DNA of 64,000 nt from an uncultured delta proteobacterium (GCA_963745835.1 CAVUZH010000024.1:32001-96000); one strand, 5' to 3'. Shown: positions 19,925-30,317, counted from the first letter of the stretch. Translations and numbers: made by a program. Notes: generated from the letters alone by a model not told the origin.

Positions 19925-21307
19925 TCAGGCTTGCGCATATTTGCACCAGATATTGGCCGCATATTTGATCCCCTCAATAAAATGACCTGTTGTAATAAAT
20001 TCATTAGGTGCATGGCCGCGCCATTTGGGAGGTCCGATGCCACTTGCCGCCCCTTCGATACCAAGACGGCTGGCGAGCCAGGGTCCTTGCCGACCCGAAG
20101 CCTCACCTGTGGGCTTGATCATCGGTTCTAAACGGTAACTTTCTTTGGCTGCGGCGATGAGAGTTTGCGCAATCTTACTTCGGAATGGAGTTCTCGACGG
20201 CTCAATATGGCCTAGAGATTGAGTCTCAATATCCGGGAAGCCGTGCTGGATTAGGTGTCTTTTTACTTTCTCCAAAATGTCACTAGGATTTTGCTTGTGA
20301 ACCAACCGAAAATCGACCTTGACTGTAGCTTCCGCAGGCACAATAGTTTTCATGCCTTCCCCCAGATGGCCCGCCTTAAAACCAGAAATATTGCAAGTAG
20401 GTTGGAAGAGCAGTCTCTCGCAAGCCGCCGTCCCTTGAATACCGAGTATGAAGTGATCCACCCCGTATTCTTCCAGGTGTGATTGATCATCCCAGCCTGA
20501 ATCGCGCAACAACTTTAATTCTTCTTCGGTCGGAGCCAGAATGTCATCGTAAAAATTGTCAATCAAAATGCGCTCGTTTTCGTTCTTCATCGATTGGAGT
20601 GCCCATATCAATCTCCAAGCAGGATTCTCCACAAGCCGAGCCCGAGCAGAATGGAGATCTCTCTTGGGACCTTTGGCCTTCATTTCCAGGTAAAGAAGGC
20701 CACTGGAGCCGAGCTGAATACGCGGGCGCCCGGATGCGTCGAAGCCGCCATCGAATGACAAAACCCCGTCTGCCTTGAGCAATTCACGTTGGCTTTCCAC
20801 GAAACCAGGCAGGCTCGGACTACCGATCTCTTCCTCGCCATCGAAGAGAAACTTAAGATTCAGCGGCACATCTTGTCCTGTTCGTATGAAAGCCTCCACG
20901 GCTTTCAGATGGCTCAACAAATTGCCTTTACTGTCAGTAGATCCTCGTCCGATAATTCTGTCTCCGATCATCCTCGCTTCAAACGGGGGTTGTTCCCATG
21001 CATCCAAGGGCTCGACTGGTTGGACATCATAGTGGTTGTAAATTAGCAATGTTTTCTTCCCATTGCCGGATTTATGGTGACCGAATACTACCGGTTGACC
21101 ATCGGTTTGGAGAACGTCGGCTTCAATGCCGAGTTCGTGCATCATGCCACGGATCAACTCGGCACATTCTTTGACTCCATTGTTTTGGCTCGAAATACTG
21201 GGTTGCCGAACCAGATTTCTGAGTTCCTCCACAAATTTGCCCTGCTGGGAATCGACGTATCGACCGATTGCCCCTAAGTCACAGGAACTATTTGATGTTA
21301 TAGTCAT
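19925..21307 (-). CDS. M20 peptidase (dipeptidase/ArgE/DapE-like)
   Basis: YNHYDVQP, GRGSTDSKG, DGEEEIGS, DLHS and HAPNE motifs. Confidence 0.92.
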   Translation of the reverse strand: MTITSNSSCDLGAIGRYVDSQQGKFVEELRNLVRQPSISSQNNGVKECAELIRGMMHELGIEADVLQTDGQPVVFGHHKSGNGKKTLLIYNHYDVQPVEPLDAWEQPPFEARMIGDRIIGRGSTDSKGNLLSHLKAVEAFIRTGQDVPLNLKFLFDGEEEIGSPSLPGFVESQRELLKADGVLSFDGGFDASGRPRIQLGSSGLLYLEMKAKGPKRDLHSARARLVENPAWRLIWALQSMKNENERILIDNFYDDILAPTEEELKLLRDSGWDDQSHLEEYGVDHFILGIQGTAACERLLFQPTCNISGFKAGHLGEGMKTIVPAEATVKVDFRLVHKQNPSDILEKVKRHLIQHGFPDIETQSLGHIEPSRTPFRSKIAQTLIAAAKESYRLEPMIKPTGEASGRQGPWLASRLGIEGAASGIGPPKWRGHAPNEFITTGHFIEGIKYAANIWCKYAQA

Positions 21308-21310
21308 ATT

Positions 21311-21868
21311 TCAAATTCCGCCTCCAGAATTGTAAAGCTCACTCGTAGCCGAGATGACATTAGAGTCGTACAGTTTGTATATGTTCATTTGCTCCAACGG
21401 AGGTGTGTACACGTGCAATGAGATCGTGTTGATCGATAGCGGTTGAAGGTTTGATACCTGGTGAATAGTACTTTGCGTCTCGAGTTGAATACTTCCCGAT
21501 TGATAATCTTCAGACGCAATGGGTTTAATCATTCCATTTGGAGCAACGGCGAACAGGCTCTCTGTTAGAACGCCTTGAAGCACTTTTACACCGCCTAGGG
21601 AACGGCCATGGTCGTGGATTAACGAACGCTGGCCGCTTTTCCAGCAGATCATGAGAATTTCGAACATCTCGTCCCGATAGACTGTATTCCTCGCATAGCC
21701 TCGTTCTCGAAAGGACGCGTATCGAGATATCTCGACTTCCGGAATTGCTAATAGTTCCAGCAGTTCGATAAGTCGCGGGCCATCGAGGGTAGAACTTTCG
21801 TGTTTCAATTGGTCAATAATGTTTGCTATCGAGAGTTTCTGATTCATTGCTGGCAAAGCTGTAAGCAC
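21311..21868 (-). CDS. Cysteine dioxygenase-family thiol dioxygenase (Arg-type)
   Basis: YARN (Tyr/Arg substrate site), SLIHDH plus IHQV (3-His iron site) and SLHVY motifs. An alternative ATG lies at 21847. Confidence 0.85.
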   Translation of the reverse strand: MLTALPAMNQKLSIANIIDQLKHESSTLDGPRLIELLELLAIPEVEISRYASFRERGYARNTVYRDEMFEILMICWKSGQRSLIHDHGRSLGGVKVLQGVLTESLFAVAPNGMIKPIASEDYQSGSIQLETQSTIHQVSNLQPLSINTISLHVYTPPLEQMNIYKLYDSNVISATSELYNSGGGI

Positions 21869-21877
21869 TGTGCCGTT

Positions 21878-22681
21878 TTAGTTATAAACAATACGTTTAA
21901 TTTTCTCTGTGCGGTTCTGTCTTGGGCTCCTACTAGGATAGTCGAGCTCATCAGACAATTTCTCAGCCACACCTTTTACAAGCGTACCCAAACGGTCAAC
22001 CCCGAATCGCTTCATACGTTCTATAGGTCCAATAATTGCCAAGCTGCCGACTACTGCGCCACAACTGAATACAGGTGCGGCAATCCCTGCCGTATCAAGA
22101 GACTTTTCCTTCAGGCTAACGGCGTAGCCCCTTCTCCTAATTCCGTCTATCTTTTTCCAAATTTGTTTTTGCGTCGTAGGCGTGAAGGATGTGTATGGCA
22201 AGAATTTTTTGTTGCCTAGGATGGATTTGATCTCTTCATCGGGAAGCATAGCCAGTATGGCCGGTCCTGAAGATCCGACGTAGAGTGGTCGGGGAATACC
22301 AGTTTGGGAAACGGTCCTGGTTTCTTGTGGGCTTTCCCATCGCTCTAAAGTGACGCACATATCAGCTCGGAATCTCTCCGTGTAGCCGACGGTTTCCTGA
22401 CTGGAATCAACCAACGCTTGAATAAAAGGTAGGACCTTCTCTCTAATTACACCATTTCTACGAAACGCCTCCGCAAAAAAGAGAAAAGCGGGACCCAGAG
22501 TGATCAATCCATTTTCTGAAAGCTTATGAACAAGGCCTTTTGCCTCCAGCGATATCATAAGCCGATAGACTGTCATCTTGTTCAGTCCGGCCGCCGCTGC
22601 GAGCTCTTTTAACGCAAGAGGTCGACCAGCTCTAGCCAGTGTTTCGAGTATTGCTACGCCTCGAAGAATAGATCGGTTCAT
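21878..22681 (-). CDS. IclR-family transcriptional regulator
   Basis: N-terminal HTH (LKELAAAAGLNKMTVYRLM), PLYVGSSG and IRRRGYA...GIAAPVF motifs. Confidence 0.95.
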   Translation of the reverse strand: MNRSILRGVAILETLARAGRPLALKELAAAAGLNKMTVYRLMISLEAKGLVHKLSENGLITLGPAFLFFAEAFRRNGVIREKVLPFIQALVDSSQETVGYTERFRADMCVTLERWESPQETRTVSQTGIPRPLYVGSSGPAILAMLPDEEIKSILGNKKFLPYTSFTPTTQKQIWKKIDGIRRRGYAVSLKEKSLDTAGIAAPVFSCGAVVGSLAIIGPIERMKRFGVDRLGTLVKGVAEKLSDELDYPSRSPRQNRTEKIKRIVYN

Positions 22682-22690
22682 TACAGTATG

Positions 22691-22736
22691 TGAAATTGGA
22701 TTTTCATTTTTTATTGTAGAGGAAAATTTTTGTCAA
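22691..22736 (-). promoter_or_regulatory. sigma70 promoter with a candidate IclR operator
   Basis: Minus-strand TTGACA-N17-TAAAAA, followed by the imperfect palindrome TGAAA-N6-TTTCA (22691-22706) just before the ATG. Confidence 0.55.
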
Positions 22737-22749
22737 GGCGATCGACTGA

Positions 22750-23736
22750 TATGTCTGAGATACAACACCGTCGTCGATGCCTTGAATGTCAGGAAGTTTT
22801 CAAGGTGCTAAAAGCGCCGCCGGTCGATATGCTGAAATCGGCGTTGGGAGAAATCCGATCCGGAGAAGCAGACACGACTCGATTGGAGCCAAGCGGAGCG
22901 CGAGCGGCTGACGCACGAAGAACAGAAAGCGCGAGCGCATGCCGACCGCTCTTATGGTAGCCTTGAGTGTGTTCACCGCGATGCGCTCGCGAAACTTGAA
23001 AGCGTCTTAGAAGAGAAGGAGAGGATCGAGCAGAAATTCGCCATGGAACCACTGGTGACGGCGACGATGTTCTCTAATCTCTAAGACGGTCAGTTTTGGC
23101 GCATGAAGCTCGCGAATCAATTCGTCGCGGCCGGCAGGTCGCAAGATTGATATAGCTGTCGGGTCGCCCGTTTTGGTAACGGCAACCAAAAGATCTTTGC
23201 GTCGATCCTTTGTTTGGAAGCCGTTACCACAGATGTGATCGATAATGACGAAGATCGCAAGATCTGCAAAATTGACGTTCTTAGATTTGTCATGCGCCGG
23301 AAGAACCTCCACTGATGAGATTGCGAAAATCACCAGGGACGGGCTTTACAACGTAATGCGGAAATTCCGTCTTAAAGCGCACCGGTCTCGATCTTTGCGA
23401 CAAAAAGCCGATGAGCTTAACCGGGCGGGTCCGATCTCTCGAGTGGATTGCGCAGCACTTTAATCAACAGCATTTAAGAAGTGCGTGGGGAAAGATGTGG
23501 ACACCTGTGATGATGAAGGAGTTACTACGTGGCCCCCGGGACAAAGCTACGTTGCGGAAAAAATTCATCGGAATGCGATCCTAGAGGCCCTCGCACGCGG
23601 TCTCGACTTTCGAGAAATCGCCAATGACTTTAACGAAAAAAAGCTCCGCCGACGGAGGGGTAGCCACTCTTGGACGGCGCGGAGTGACAGGCAGCGGTGG
23701 AACGATCTTAAGCGACTGCAATGTAGCCGGGAATAG
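22750..23736 (+). pseudogene. Decayed recombinase-family gene (coiled-coil plus recombinase DNA-binding-like segments)
   Basis: Broken frames include ERERLTHEEQKARAHADRSY...ALAKLESVLEEKERIEQKF and RGLDFREIANDFNEKKLRRRRGSHSWTA, both typical of LSR C-terminal regions. No catalytic domain is seen. Confidence 0.45.
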
Positions 23737-23789
23737 AAAGGCGAAATTCGACCGGACCTGTCGGAATCGGTGGTCTTAAAGAAATCAGC

Positions 23790-25406
23790 ATGATCACGAA
23801 CACAGCAACAAAACAGCAGCAACCGCCGTCATTTACGCCCGGGTATCATCGGAAGAGCAGGTGCAGGGATACTCGATCCAGGCACAGCTCCGAGCATGCC
23901 GCGATTGGGCGGAAAAGCACGGCTACAAAGTTGGCAAAGAATATCTCGACGAGGGCTACTCCGCATCGCGGAATCCTCGAGAAACGTGAATCGTTCAAGG
24001 AGATACTGGGAGATGCGGCTTCGAAGAGCCAACCGTTCAGCACTATCATCGTGCACAACCTCGATCGCTTTTCCCGCGACAGCCTGGAATCCTTTACGTC
24101 CAAGGCAATACTCAAGCGCCACAAGGTCCGCCTGATTTCCGTTCAGGAACCCGTCGTCGGCTCCGACGCGCCGGAAGACGCCTTCATGGAGCACATCCTT
24201 GTCGGAATGGCCGAGTTTTACAGCAAAAACTTAGCCCGAGAAATAAGGAAGGGGCTTACCGAAAGGATTCGACAAGGGTTTCCCGTTTTCAGGCCACCCT
24301 ACGGGTATCGCCGCGAGGTAATCGAAAAACGGGAAGGTCAGATAAGGATCCGCACGATCAGCCGACCGGCAGTTGATGATGCTGCCGCAGGCGTGGTCCG
24401 AAAGATTTTCGAATTATGTGACCGCGGCGTTGGGTACAAAGAAACGCGAACATCCTCAACAACGAGGGCTTTCGAACCACGCTGGGAAAGCGATTTGCGA
24501 GCAACCACGTTTATTGGATTGTACACAATAAAGCTTACGTCGGTGTGCTCGAATATAATTTCCGTGAACGGTACGGCGCGGTCGAGCCGATGACCATCCC
24601 GGGATTTTATCCAGCGATCATCGACCCGCAGATGTTCGAGCAGGTCCAGGCCAAACTTCGCCTCAGTTCCGCGAATTGGCGAAATTCCTACGCGAACCGC
24701 ACCTCATACTTATTGAGCGACCTGGTCATCTGCGATGGATGCGGCCGTCGGTATCTTGGAACGGCCGCAAAAGGCGGCAAATTTCATTACTATGGCTGTG
24801 GCTCTTATCTGAAGGGCGGCAAGCAAACATGCGACTCATCAACAAGACGAAACTCGAGAGCGCAGTCGTAACAAAGGTCATGGAGGAAATACTGACGCCG
24901 ACCAATATCAGGAACTATATCCGACGTGTGATGGAAAGCGCTCGGAATTCAGAAGAGACAAGCCCTTGCCGGAGTACGAGGCGGTCCGAACGGCGCTGAC
25001 TGATTTGCAGAGCCGGCTTAAGCGTTGGGAAAATGCGCTTGAGTCCGGCGAACTTTCGATCGAGCACGCGGCTCAGCGGATAAAGGAACTCCATGAACAG
25101 CGCCAGGAATTGCTCAGAAAGAAAGCGGCTCTCGATGGTGATCGACGCAACCATGAAAAACAGTGTCGGCGATTCCGACGGCGCGAATGGACGCTTACAT
25201 CGCCGAGATGCGGCGTCGGTTAGCGGCCCAAGCAAATCGGGGCAAAAAGGGAATTTCTCCAGGAGGTTCTTAAGGAGGTGAGAGTGCGCGGCGGCAACGT
25301 CACCCTCACCTACAAGCTACCTCTGGCAGCATCTGAGTGTAGGTTCTTTACACCATTAAGATTGGTGGGCCCACCTGGACTCGAACCAGGGACCAACCGG
25401 TTATGA
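23790..25406 (+). pseudogene. Large serine recombinase (integrase) with about 6-7 frameshifts; may be intact if these are assembly errors
   Basis: AVIYARVSSEEQ catalytic motif at 23825, in a frame the ORF track misses. Then LDRFSR, MAEFYSKNL, PPYGY, YPAII, a CDGC...YYGC...C zinc ribbon and a coiled coil. The last frame ends at TGA 25404-25406 inside the tRNA. Confidence 0.9.
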
Positions 25407-25439
25407 GCCGGTGGCTCTAACCAACTGAGCTATGGGCCC
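25363..25439 (-). tRNA. tRNA-Ile2 (CAT anticodon, lysidine type)
   Basis: GGGCCCATAGCTCAGTTGGTTAGAGC...ACCGG-CT-CAT-AA-CCGGT...GGTTCGAGTCC...GGGCCCACCA, 77 nt. The GGGCCC acceptor stem and the position after rpoD favour Ile2 over Met. Confidence 0.92.
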
Positions 25440-25479
25440 GTAACAAGGAAATACGCGTGGAATGATAGGAAGCTGATGC

Positions 25480-27357
25480 TTAAGTCTCCATGAAGCTCTT
25501 CAGCCTTTTGCTGCGACTGGGATGTCTGAGCTTCCGGAGCGCCTTGGCTTCAATTTGCCGAATGCGCTCGCGTGTAACGGTAAACTTTTGACCGACTTCT
25601 TCAAGGGTGTGATCGGATTTCTCACCGATTCCGAACCGCATGCGCAGAACTTGCTCTTCACGTGGGGTTAAAGTGGCGAGTACCTTCTTTGTTTGTTCTT
25701 GCAGATTGATATTCACCACCGCATCGGAAGGAGTGATAATCCTTTTGTCCTCGATAAAGTCCCCAAGATGACTGTCTTCTTCCTCACCTACCGGAGTCTC
25801 CAGGGATATGGGCTCCTTGGCGATTTTAAGTACCTTCCTTACCTTATCTAAGGGAATTTCCATTTTCGTGGCAATTTCCTCGGGCGTTGGCTCGCGGCCA
25901 ATCTCTTGCACTAGATACCGAGAGGTCCGGATAAGCTTATTGATGGTCTCAATCATGTGAACCGGTATGCGGATTGTCCGAGCCTGATCGGCGATCGCTC
26001 TAGTGATTGCTTGACGGATCCACCAGGTGGCATAGGTGGAAAACTTGTATCCTCGCTGATATTCAAACTTATCGACGGCTTTCATTAAGCCGATATTTCC
26101 CTCTTGGATAAGATCGAGAAACTGCAATCCACGGTTGGTGTACTTCTTGGCAATACTCACAACCAATCGCAGATTCGCTTCGATCAGTTCTTTCTTCGCC
26201 AGATTAGCTTTGGTCTCGCCATCAACAATCGACCAAACGCGACGCTTGATTTCTTCCGCCGGGATGTCAAGGTCTTTTTCGATATGCCGTATATCGCGCC
26301 GCGCGCTCCTGATCTCGTCTGACATATGCAGAACCGCGTCGTGCCCCATTCGCAGCGAACTGGTGAGGCGTTGCCAATCCTTCTTACGTCCGTTCAGGTT
26401 TGCAACAAGCTTCAGGAGTTCGGAAGCGCTCTTCCCGGTCCTTTGCTCGAATTCCTTCACCCGGCGCTCAAGGGTTTGCATTCGATCCATGGCTCTCTTG
26501 AGACCATCAACAATCGCTTCGGTTTGCTTTCGATTCAGCTGAAGATTTTTCAGGCCGCCGACAATTCGGTCGTGATACTTTTCTAAAGTTTGTTGCAGCG
26601 CCTGACGACGTTGCGCCGAAAGCCGCTTGCCCTCGAGTTCGTCTTTAATCTTGTCTCGCTCATTAGCGGCCCTGCGGATTTTAGCGATTTGATCGAGCAA
26701 GCGCCGTTCGTGCACCTCTTCATCTTCGAGGTATTCGGCATCCTCATCACCATCTTTAATTATTTCACGCACTCGGATCTCATGTTGCGCCAATTTTTCA
26801 CCGAGTTCCAAAACGTAACGCAGTGCGAGCGGGCTGGATAATACTTCCTCAATGACTTTCTTTTCGCCTACCTCAATTTTCTTTGCGATCTCTACTTCGC
26901 CTTCACGGCTCAGCAGTGAAACAGTTCCCATCTCCCTTAAGTACATACGCACTGGATCGCCGGTCTTGCCAATCGCATCCCCATCAGTTTCGCCTTCGAT
27001 TTCCTTCTCATCCTCTTCGTCGTCGGCAAGGTCCTCACCGGCTCCTCCAAGAGTGACTCGTTGATTGGAATCAACAACCTCGATATCCATCTCGCCAAAA
27101 ATGGACATCACGTCATCGATCTGATCCGGAGAGACAACTTCCGCAGGAAGCATATCGTTCACATCATCATACGTCAGGTAACCCTTCTCTTTGCCGAGAT
27201 CAATGAGCTTCTTCACCTCCTTCATGTTCTTTTTCTCCGCCGGTTGCCCGGCGGCATGACGCGAGGAAGCTTTATCGTTGGCTATCGAGCGGTTATCTTC
27301 GGCGACGCGAGCTTTCGGCGTTCTAGCTGGCGTTCTTTTCGTACGATTTCTTGCCAT
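25480..27357 (-). CDS. rpoD: RNA polymerase primary sigma factor
   Basis: [41 protein letters not shown] and [16 protein letters not shown] motifs; GGAGAGG SD. Confidence 0.98.
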   Translation of the reverse strand: MARNRTKRTPARTPKARVAEDNRSIANDKASSRHAAGQPAEKKNMKEVKKLIDLGKEKGYLTYDDVNDMLPAEVVSPDQIDDVMSIFGEMDIEVVDSNQRVTLGGAGEDLADDEEDEKEIEGETDGDAIGKTGDPVRMYLREMGTVSLLSREGEVEIAKKIEVGEKKVIEEVLSSPLALRYVLELGEKLAQHEIRVREIIKDGDEDAEYLEDEEVHERRLLDQIAKIRRAANERDKIKDELEGKRLSAQRRQALQQTLEKYHDRIVGGLKNLQLNRKQTEAIVDGLKRAMDRMQTLERRVKEFEQRTGKSASELLKLVANLNGRKKDWQRLTSSLRMGHDAVLHMSDEIRSARRDIRHIEKDLDIPAEEIKRRVWSIVDGETKANLAKKELIEANLRLVVSIAKKYTNRGLQFLDLIQEGNIGLMKAVDKFEYQRGYKFSTYATWWIRQAITRAIADQARTIRIPVHMIETINKLIRTSRYLVQEIGREPTPEEIATKMEIPLDKVRKVLKIAKEPISLETPVGEEEDSHLGDFIEDKRIITPSDAVVNINLQEQTKKVLATLTPREEQVLRMRFGIGEKSDHTLEEVGQKFTVTRERIRQIEAKALRKLRHPSRSKRLKSFMET

Positions 27358-29087
27358 TCTAGTATCCTCTCCCTGGTTGCGTTCTCGTCCTTTTGTTCTT
27401 CGGCAGTTCGGATCGCGATTCGCAAGTTTCTTTCTTGCTCTCGCAAATACTTTCGTCGCAGATGGGCTATGCAGTCATCAGCCATCTTCTGGGACTCAGT
27501 TTCAGGAACGTTTTCTCCTTCGATTGCCAAAGCGGCTATCTGAGCAGCAACCTCTGAATCGAAGGCCTGCACGATCCTCCCAACATCGACGTTTTCATGC
27601 TCTTGCCACTCGGTCCTAATCAGATCAATAATCTCGCGCCAAGCTGATCCGACCCATTGTCGCACGTCTGCTTCTTCGAATACATATCCAGCGATTCGGG
27701 GATAACGTAAAATCAGAGATATCAGGGATCTTTCCGCGGCATTTGCGCGATTGCCGAGATCACTGGAAGAGAGCCGTCGGTTTGCTAACAACGGCGGCTT
27801 GGGAAGCACCGAACTCTGCAGAGGCTTGCGAAAGAACTCCTCCCGAATACCTAGCGAATCTACCGCCCGAGCAATCAGAAGATCAACTTCGAACGGGTTA
27901 CGCACCTTTTGCAGCACGCGTGAGATCTCCCCGGCAATTTGACTTTTGCCTTCCAAAGTTTTGCCGTAACGATGCTCTAGAGATGAGAAGTAATAGTCCG
28001 CCAACGGTACTGATCTATCAAGCAGTTCTTCCACGGCCGCTTTGCCGCGCGCGCGGATAAAAGTATCTGGATCTTCACCGTTGGGCAAAAAAGCGGCGCG
28101 CCCAAGCAGTCCGGCTTCAACAAAGATTTGGAAGCTTCGCTCCGCGGCTCGGCTACCGGCATCATCTCCATCGAAAAACGCCACAACGTTCTTTGTATAA
28201 CGCGACAAAGCGCGTACATGCTCCACCGTGAGCGCTGTTCCGAGAGTGGCGACGGCATAATCAACACCATATTGGTGCAAAGCTAAAACATCGAGGTAAC
28301 CTTCTACGACGACGGCTCGGTCCCTTTTGCGAATCGCTTCTTTGGCTTGGAACAGACCATATAGGGTAGACCCTTTCCGAAAAAGCGGGGTATCACTTGA
28401 GTTGAGGTATTTCGGAATTCCTTGTTCCAGCACCCGCCCGCCGAAGCCGATGACTTTGCCTCCGGCGTTGACGATGGGAAAAATTAGCCGGTCAAAAAAT
28501 TTTTCGTGGAACCGGTTGCCTTCCCTTTGGCCAATCAGCCCCAACCGAAGCGCATCTTTCAGCGAAAGCTTTTCCTTTTTGGCGACCTCCAGAAGCCCTG
28601 AACCATAGGGTGGCGCGAAGCCTAACACGAAACGCCGCGCAACCGACTCCTCGATTCCACGTTTCTTAATATACTCGAGAGCTCTTCTTCCCGAGACGTC
28701 ATTGAACAGAACGCGATGATAATTCGCCGCGGCACATTCATTGAGACGATAGAGAGCATCGCGGTCAGCCTCTCCCCCCGAGTCTCCGTTCTTTCCTGAG
28801 CGTTCCACGGCAATGCCATAGCGCTTGCCCACACACTCAACCGCTTCAGGAAAAGAAAGATGATCATACTGCATCAAGAAGTTGAAGACGCTGCCGCCAG
28901 TCTTGCAGCTGAAGCAGTGAAAAATCCCCTTCTCATCGTTCACCGTGAAAGAGGGAGTTTTCTCCCCGTGAAAGGGACACAGCCCGACATGATTACGGCC
29001 GATCTTTTTTAGCGTGACGTAATCGGAAATGACCTCAACGACGGAGGCCCGAGCACGAATCTCAGCGATCTTCTCCTGAGTGATCAT
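27282..29087 (-). CDS. dnaG: DNA primase
   Basis: [11 protein letters not shown] zinc finger, KYLNS, VVEGYLD, FDGDDAG and DPD motifs. Confidence 0.98.
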   Translation of the reverse strand: MITQEKIAEIRARASVVEVISDYVTLKKIGRNHVGLCPFHGEKTPSFTVNDEKGIFHCFSCKTGGSVFNFLMQYDHLSFPEAVECVGKRYGIAVERSGKNGDSGGEADRDALYRLNECAAANYHRVLFNDVSGRRALEYIKKRGIEESVARRFVLGFAPPYGSGLLEVAKKEKLSLKDALRLGLIGQREGNRFHEKFFDRLIFPIVNAGGKVIGFGGRVLEQGIPKYLNSSDTPLFRKGSTLYGLFQAKEAIRKRDRAVVVEGYLDVLALHQYGVDYAVATLGTALTVEHVRALSRYTKNVVAFFDGDDAGSRAAERSFQIFVEAGLLGRAAFLPNGEDPDTFIRARGKAAVEELLDRSVPLADYYFSSLEHRYGKTLEGKSQIAGEISRVLQKVRNPFEVDLLIARAVDSLGIREEFFRKPLQSSVLPKPPLLANRRLSSSDLGNRANAAERSLISLILRYPRIAGYVFEEADVRQWVGSAWREIIDLIRTEWQEHENVDVGRIVQAFDSEVAAQIAALAIEGENVPETESQKMADDCIAHLRRKYLREQERNLRIAIRTAEEQKDENATRERILEWQEIVRKERQLERRKLASPKITAR

Positions 29088-29095
29088 GCGGCAAC

Positions 29096-29629
29096 TTATA
29101 GGATCCGGGTTTGACTTAACAGTCGTACCCGATTGTCCTCTGTCGTCAAGATCCTTTCTTTTCCGATTCGAATAATAACGTCGCCTAATCGGGATAACGA
29201 TGGGACCAAAACAGAAGTCTTGATTGTTTCACTAGCAGAAGGTGGAATCCAAGACGCGGAGCTCATAAAAAAAACAATTAACGCCATGACTGCCGCACCC
29301 TTACCGATTCCAATAACAATACCGCCGGATCGATTCAATGTCTGTAGAAAGAAAAACTTCTCAGAATTATGAAAAAACCAGCCCAAAAAGTTGAAACAGA
29401 GATAGACTGCAAAAAAGATCCCGACAAAAGAAGCTCCCTTGAGGATAAAGGGAGAAATTTTCCAATACTCTTGGCTGAGCGTTGCTACAGTGTGGTTATA
29501 CCGCGCAGCTGCCATGAAGCCAACTATCAGGCCCGCGAGCGAAAAGATCTCTCGAAAAAAACCTTTGACATAACCTCGCAACCCAAAAAGAAAAAGAAGA
29601 GATAGCAGGATGAGATCGACGATGTTCAC
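29096..29629 (-). CDS. cvpA: CvpA-family membrane protein
   Basis: MNIVDLILL...GYVKGFFREIFSL and LNRSGGIVIG motifs. Confidence 0.88.
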   Translation of the reverse strand: MNIVDLILLSLLFLFGLRGYVKGFFREIFSLAGLIVGFMAAARYNHTVATLSQEYWKISPFILKGASFVGIFFAVYLCFNFLGWFFHNSEKFFFLQTLNRSGGIVIGIGKGAAVMALIVFFMSSASWIPPSASETIKTSVLVPSLSRLGDVIIRIGKERILTTEDNRVRLLSQTRIL

Positions 29630-29735
29630 CGGTGACAGCCATCCGTCTTGTTAACTCTCGCTAATCGTAAACGCCACCACTCGTGAAGCATTGGTTCCTT
29701 TGATGCATTACGAGCAGGGGTGACATTCTTCTGGC

Positions 29736-29763
29736 AAAAAGCTGCTCAACGCCGCTAAGCAGC
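29736..29763 (-). terminator. Intrinsic terminator after rpsU-yqeY
   Basis: Minus-strand GCTGCTTA-GCGGCGT-TGAGCAGC hairpin followed by TTTTT. Confidence 0.6.
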
Positions 29764-29821
29764 AAAGGAGCGGCCATTGATTGTTTGATGGGAAGGTAAA
29801 GAGAACGTGCCCTATAAGCAT

Positions 29822-30271
29822 TCAGGCGCCACGAAGTATTTCTCGGGCCAGCTCATTGACTCTTTTGCCATCGCTTCGGCCGCTCACCTTTGGCATCACT
29901 TCTTTCATAACTTTGCCAAGATCTTGCAAACCTTGCGCGCCCGATTCCCGGATTGTGATTCGAATCGCCGATATTATTTCGTCGTCGCTCAGAGGCTCAG
30001 GTAGGAAACGTTGCAGAACTTTCAACTCGGCCTGTTCTTTTTCCACGAGATCGCTGCGACCGCCCTTTTGAAACATGTCAATGGACTCCGCACGCTGTTT
30101 GCAGAGCGTCGAAATCGTCCGTTGAATCTCGTCGGTTGTGAGCTCTCTCCGAGATTTGATCTCCTCGTTCTTTATAGCCGCCAGTACCAGCCTTAAACTT
30201 TCCAGCGTGATCTTATCACCGCTTTTCATGGCCGACCTTATAGAATCCTGAATTTCGGCCTTTAACTGCAT
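29822..30271 (-). CDS. GatB/YqeY domain protein
   Basis: AMKSGDK...LRLVLAAIKNEEI, KGGRSDL and DLGKVMKEV...GRSDGK motifs; ATG at 30271. Confidence 0.92.
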   Translation of the reverse strand: MQLKAEIQDSIRSAMKSGDKITLESLRLVLAAIKNEEIKSRRELTTDEIQRTISTLCKQRAESIDMFQKGGRSDLVEKEQAELKVLQRFLPEPLSDDEIISAIRITIRESGAQGLQDLGKVMKEVMPKVSGRSDGKRVNELAREILRGA

Positions 30272-30317
30272 GGCGAATTTCTTTCTACATGGTAAGTAGA
30301 CACGAAAGCTCCAAGAC

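Larger units (their letters stand above)
3985..25362. mobile_element. Putative LSR-mobilised genomic island (~21.4 kb) integrated at the tRNA-Ile2 3' end
   Basis: The LSR gene abuts and overlaps the tRNA, the cargo is accessory catabolic genes, and the left boundary is inferred from the relic LSR/att junction. The exact crossover cannot be determined. Confidence 0.6.

Noticed and set aside
25363-25439. tRNA-Met assignment for the CAT anticodon
   Set aside because: It lacks initiator features (C1:A72 mismatch, GGG/CCC anticodon stem). The GGGCCC acceptor stem and rpoD linkage fit Ile2, though elongator Met is not formally excluded.
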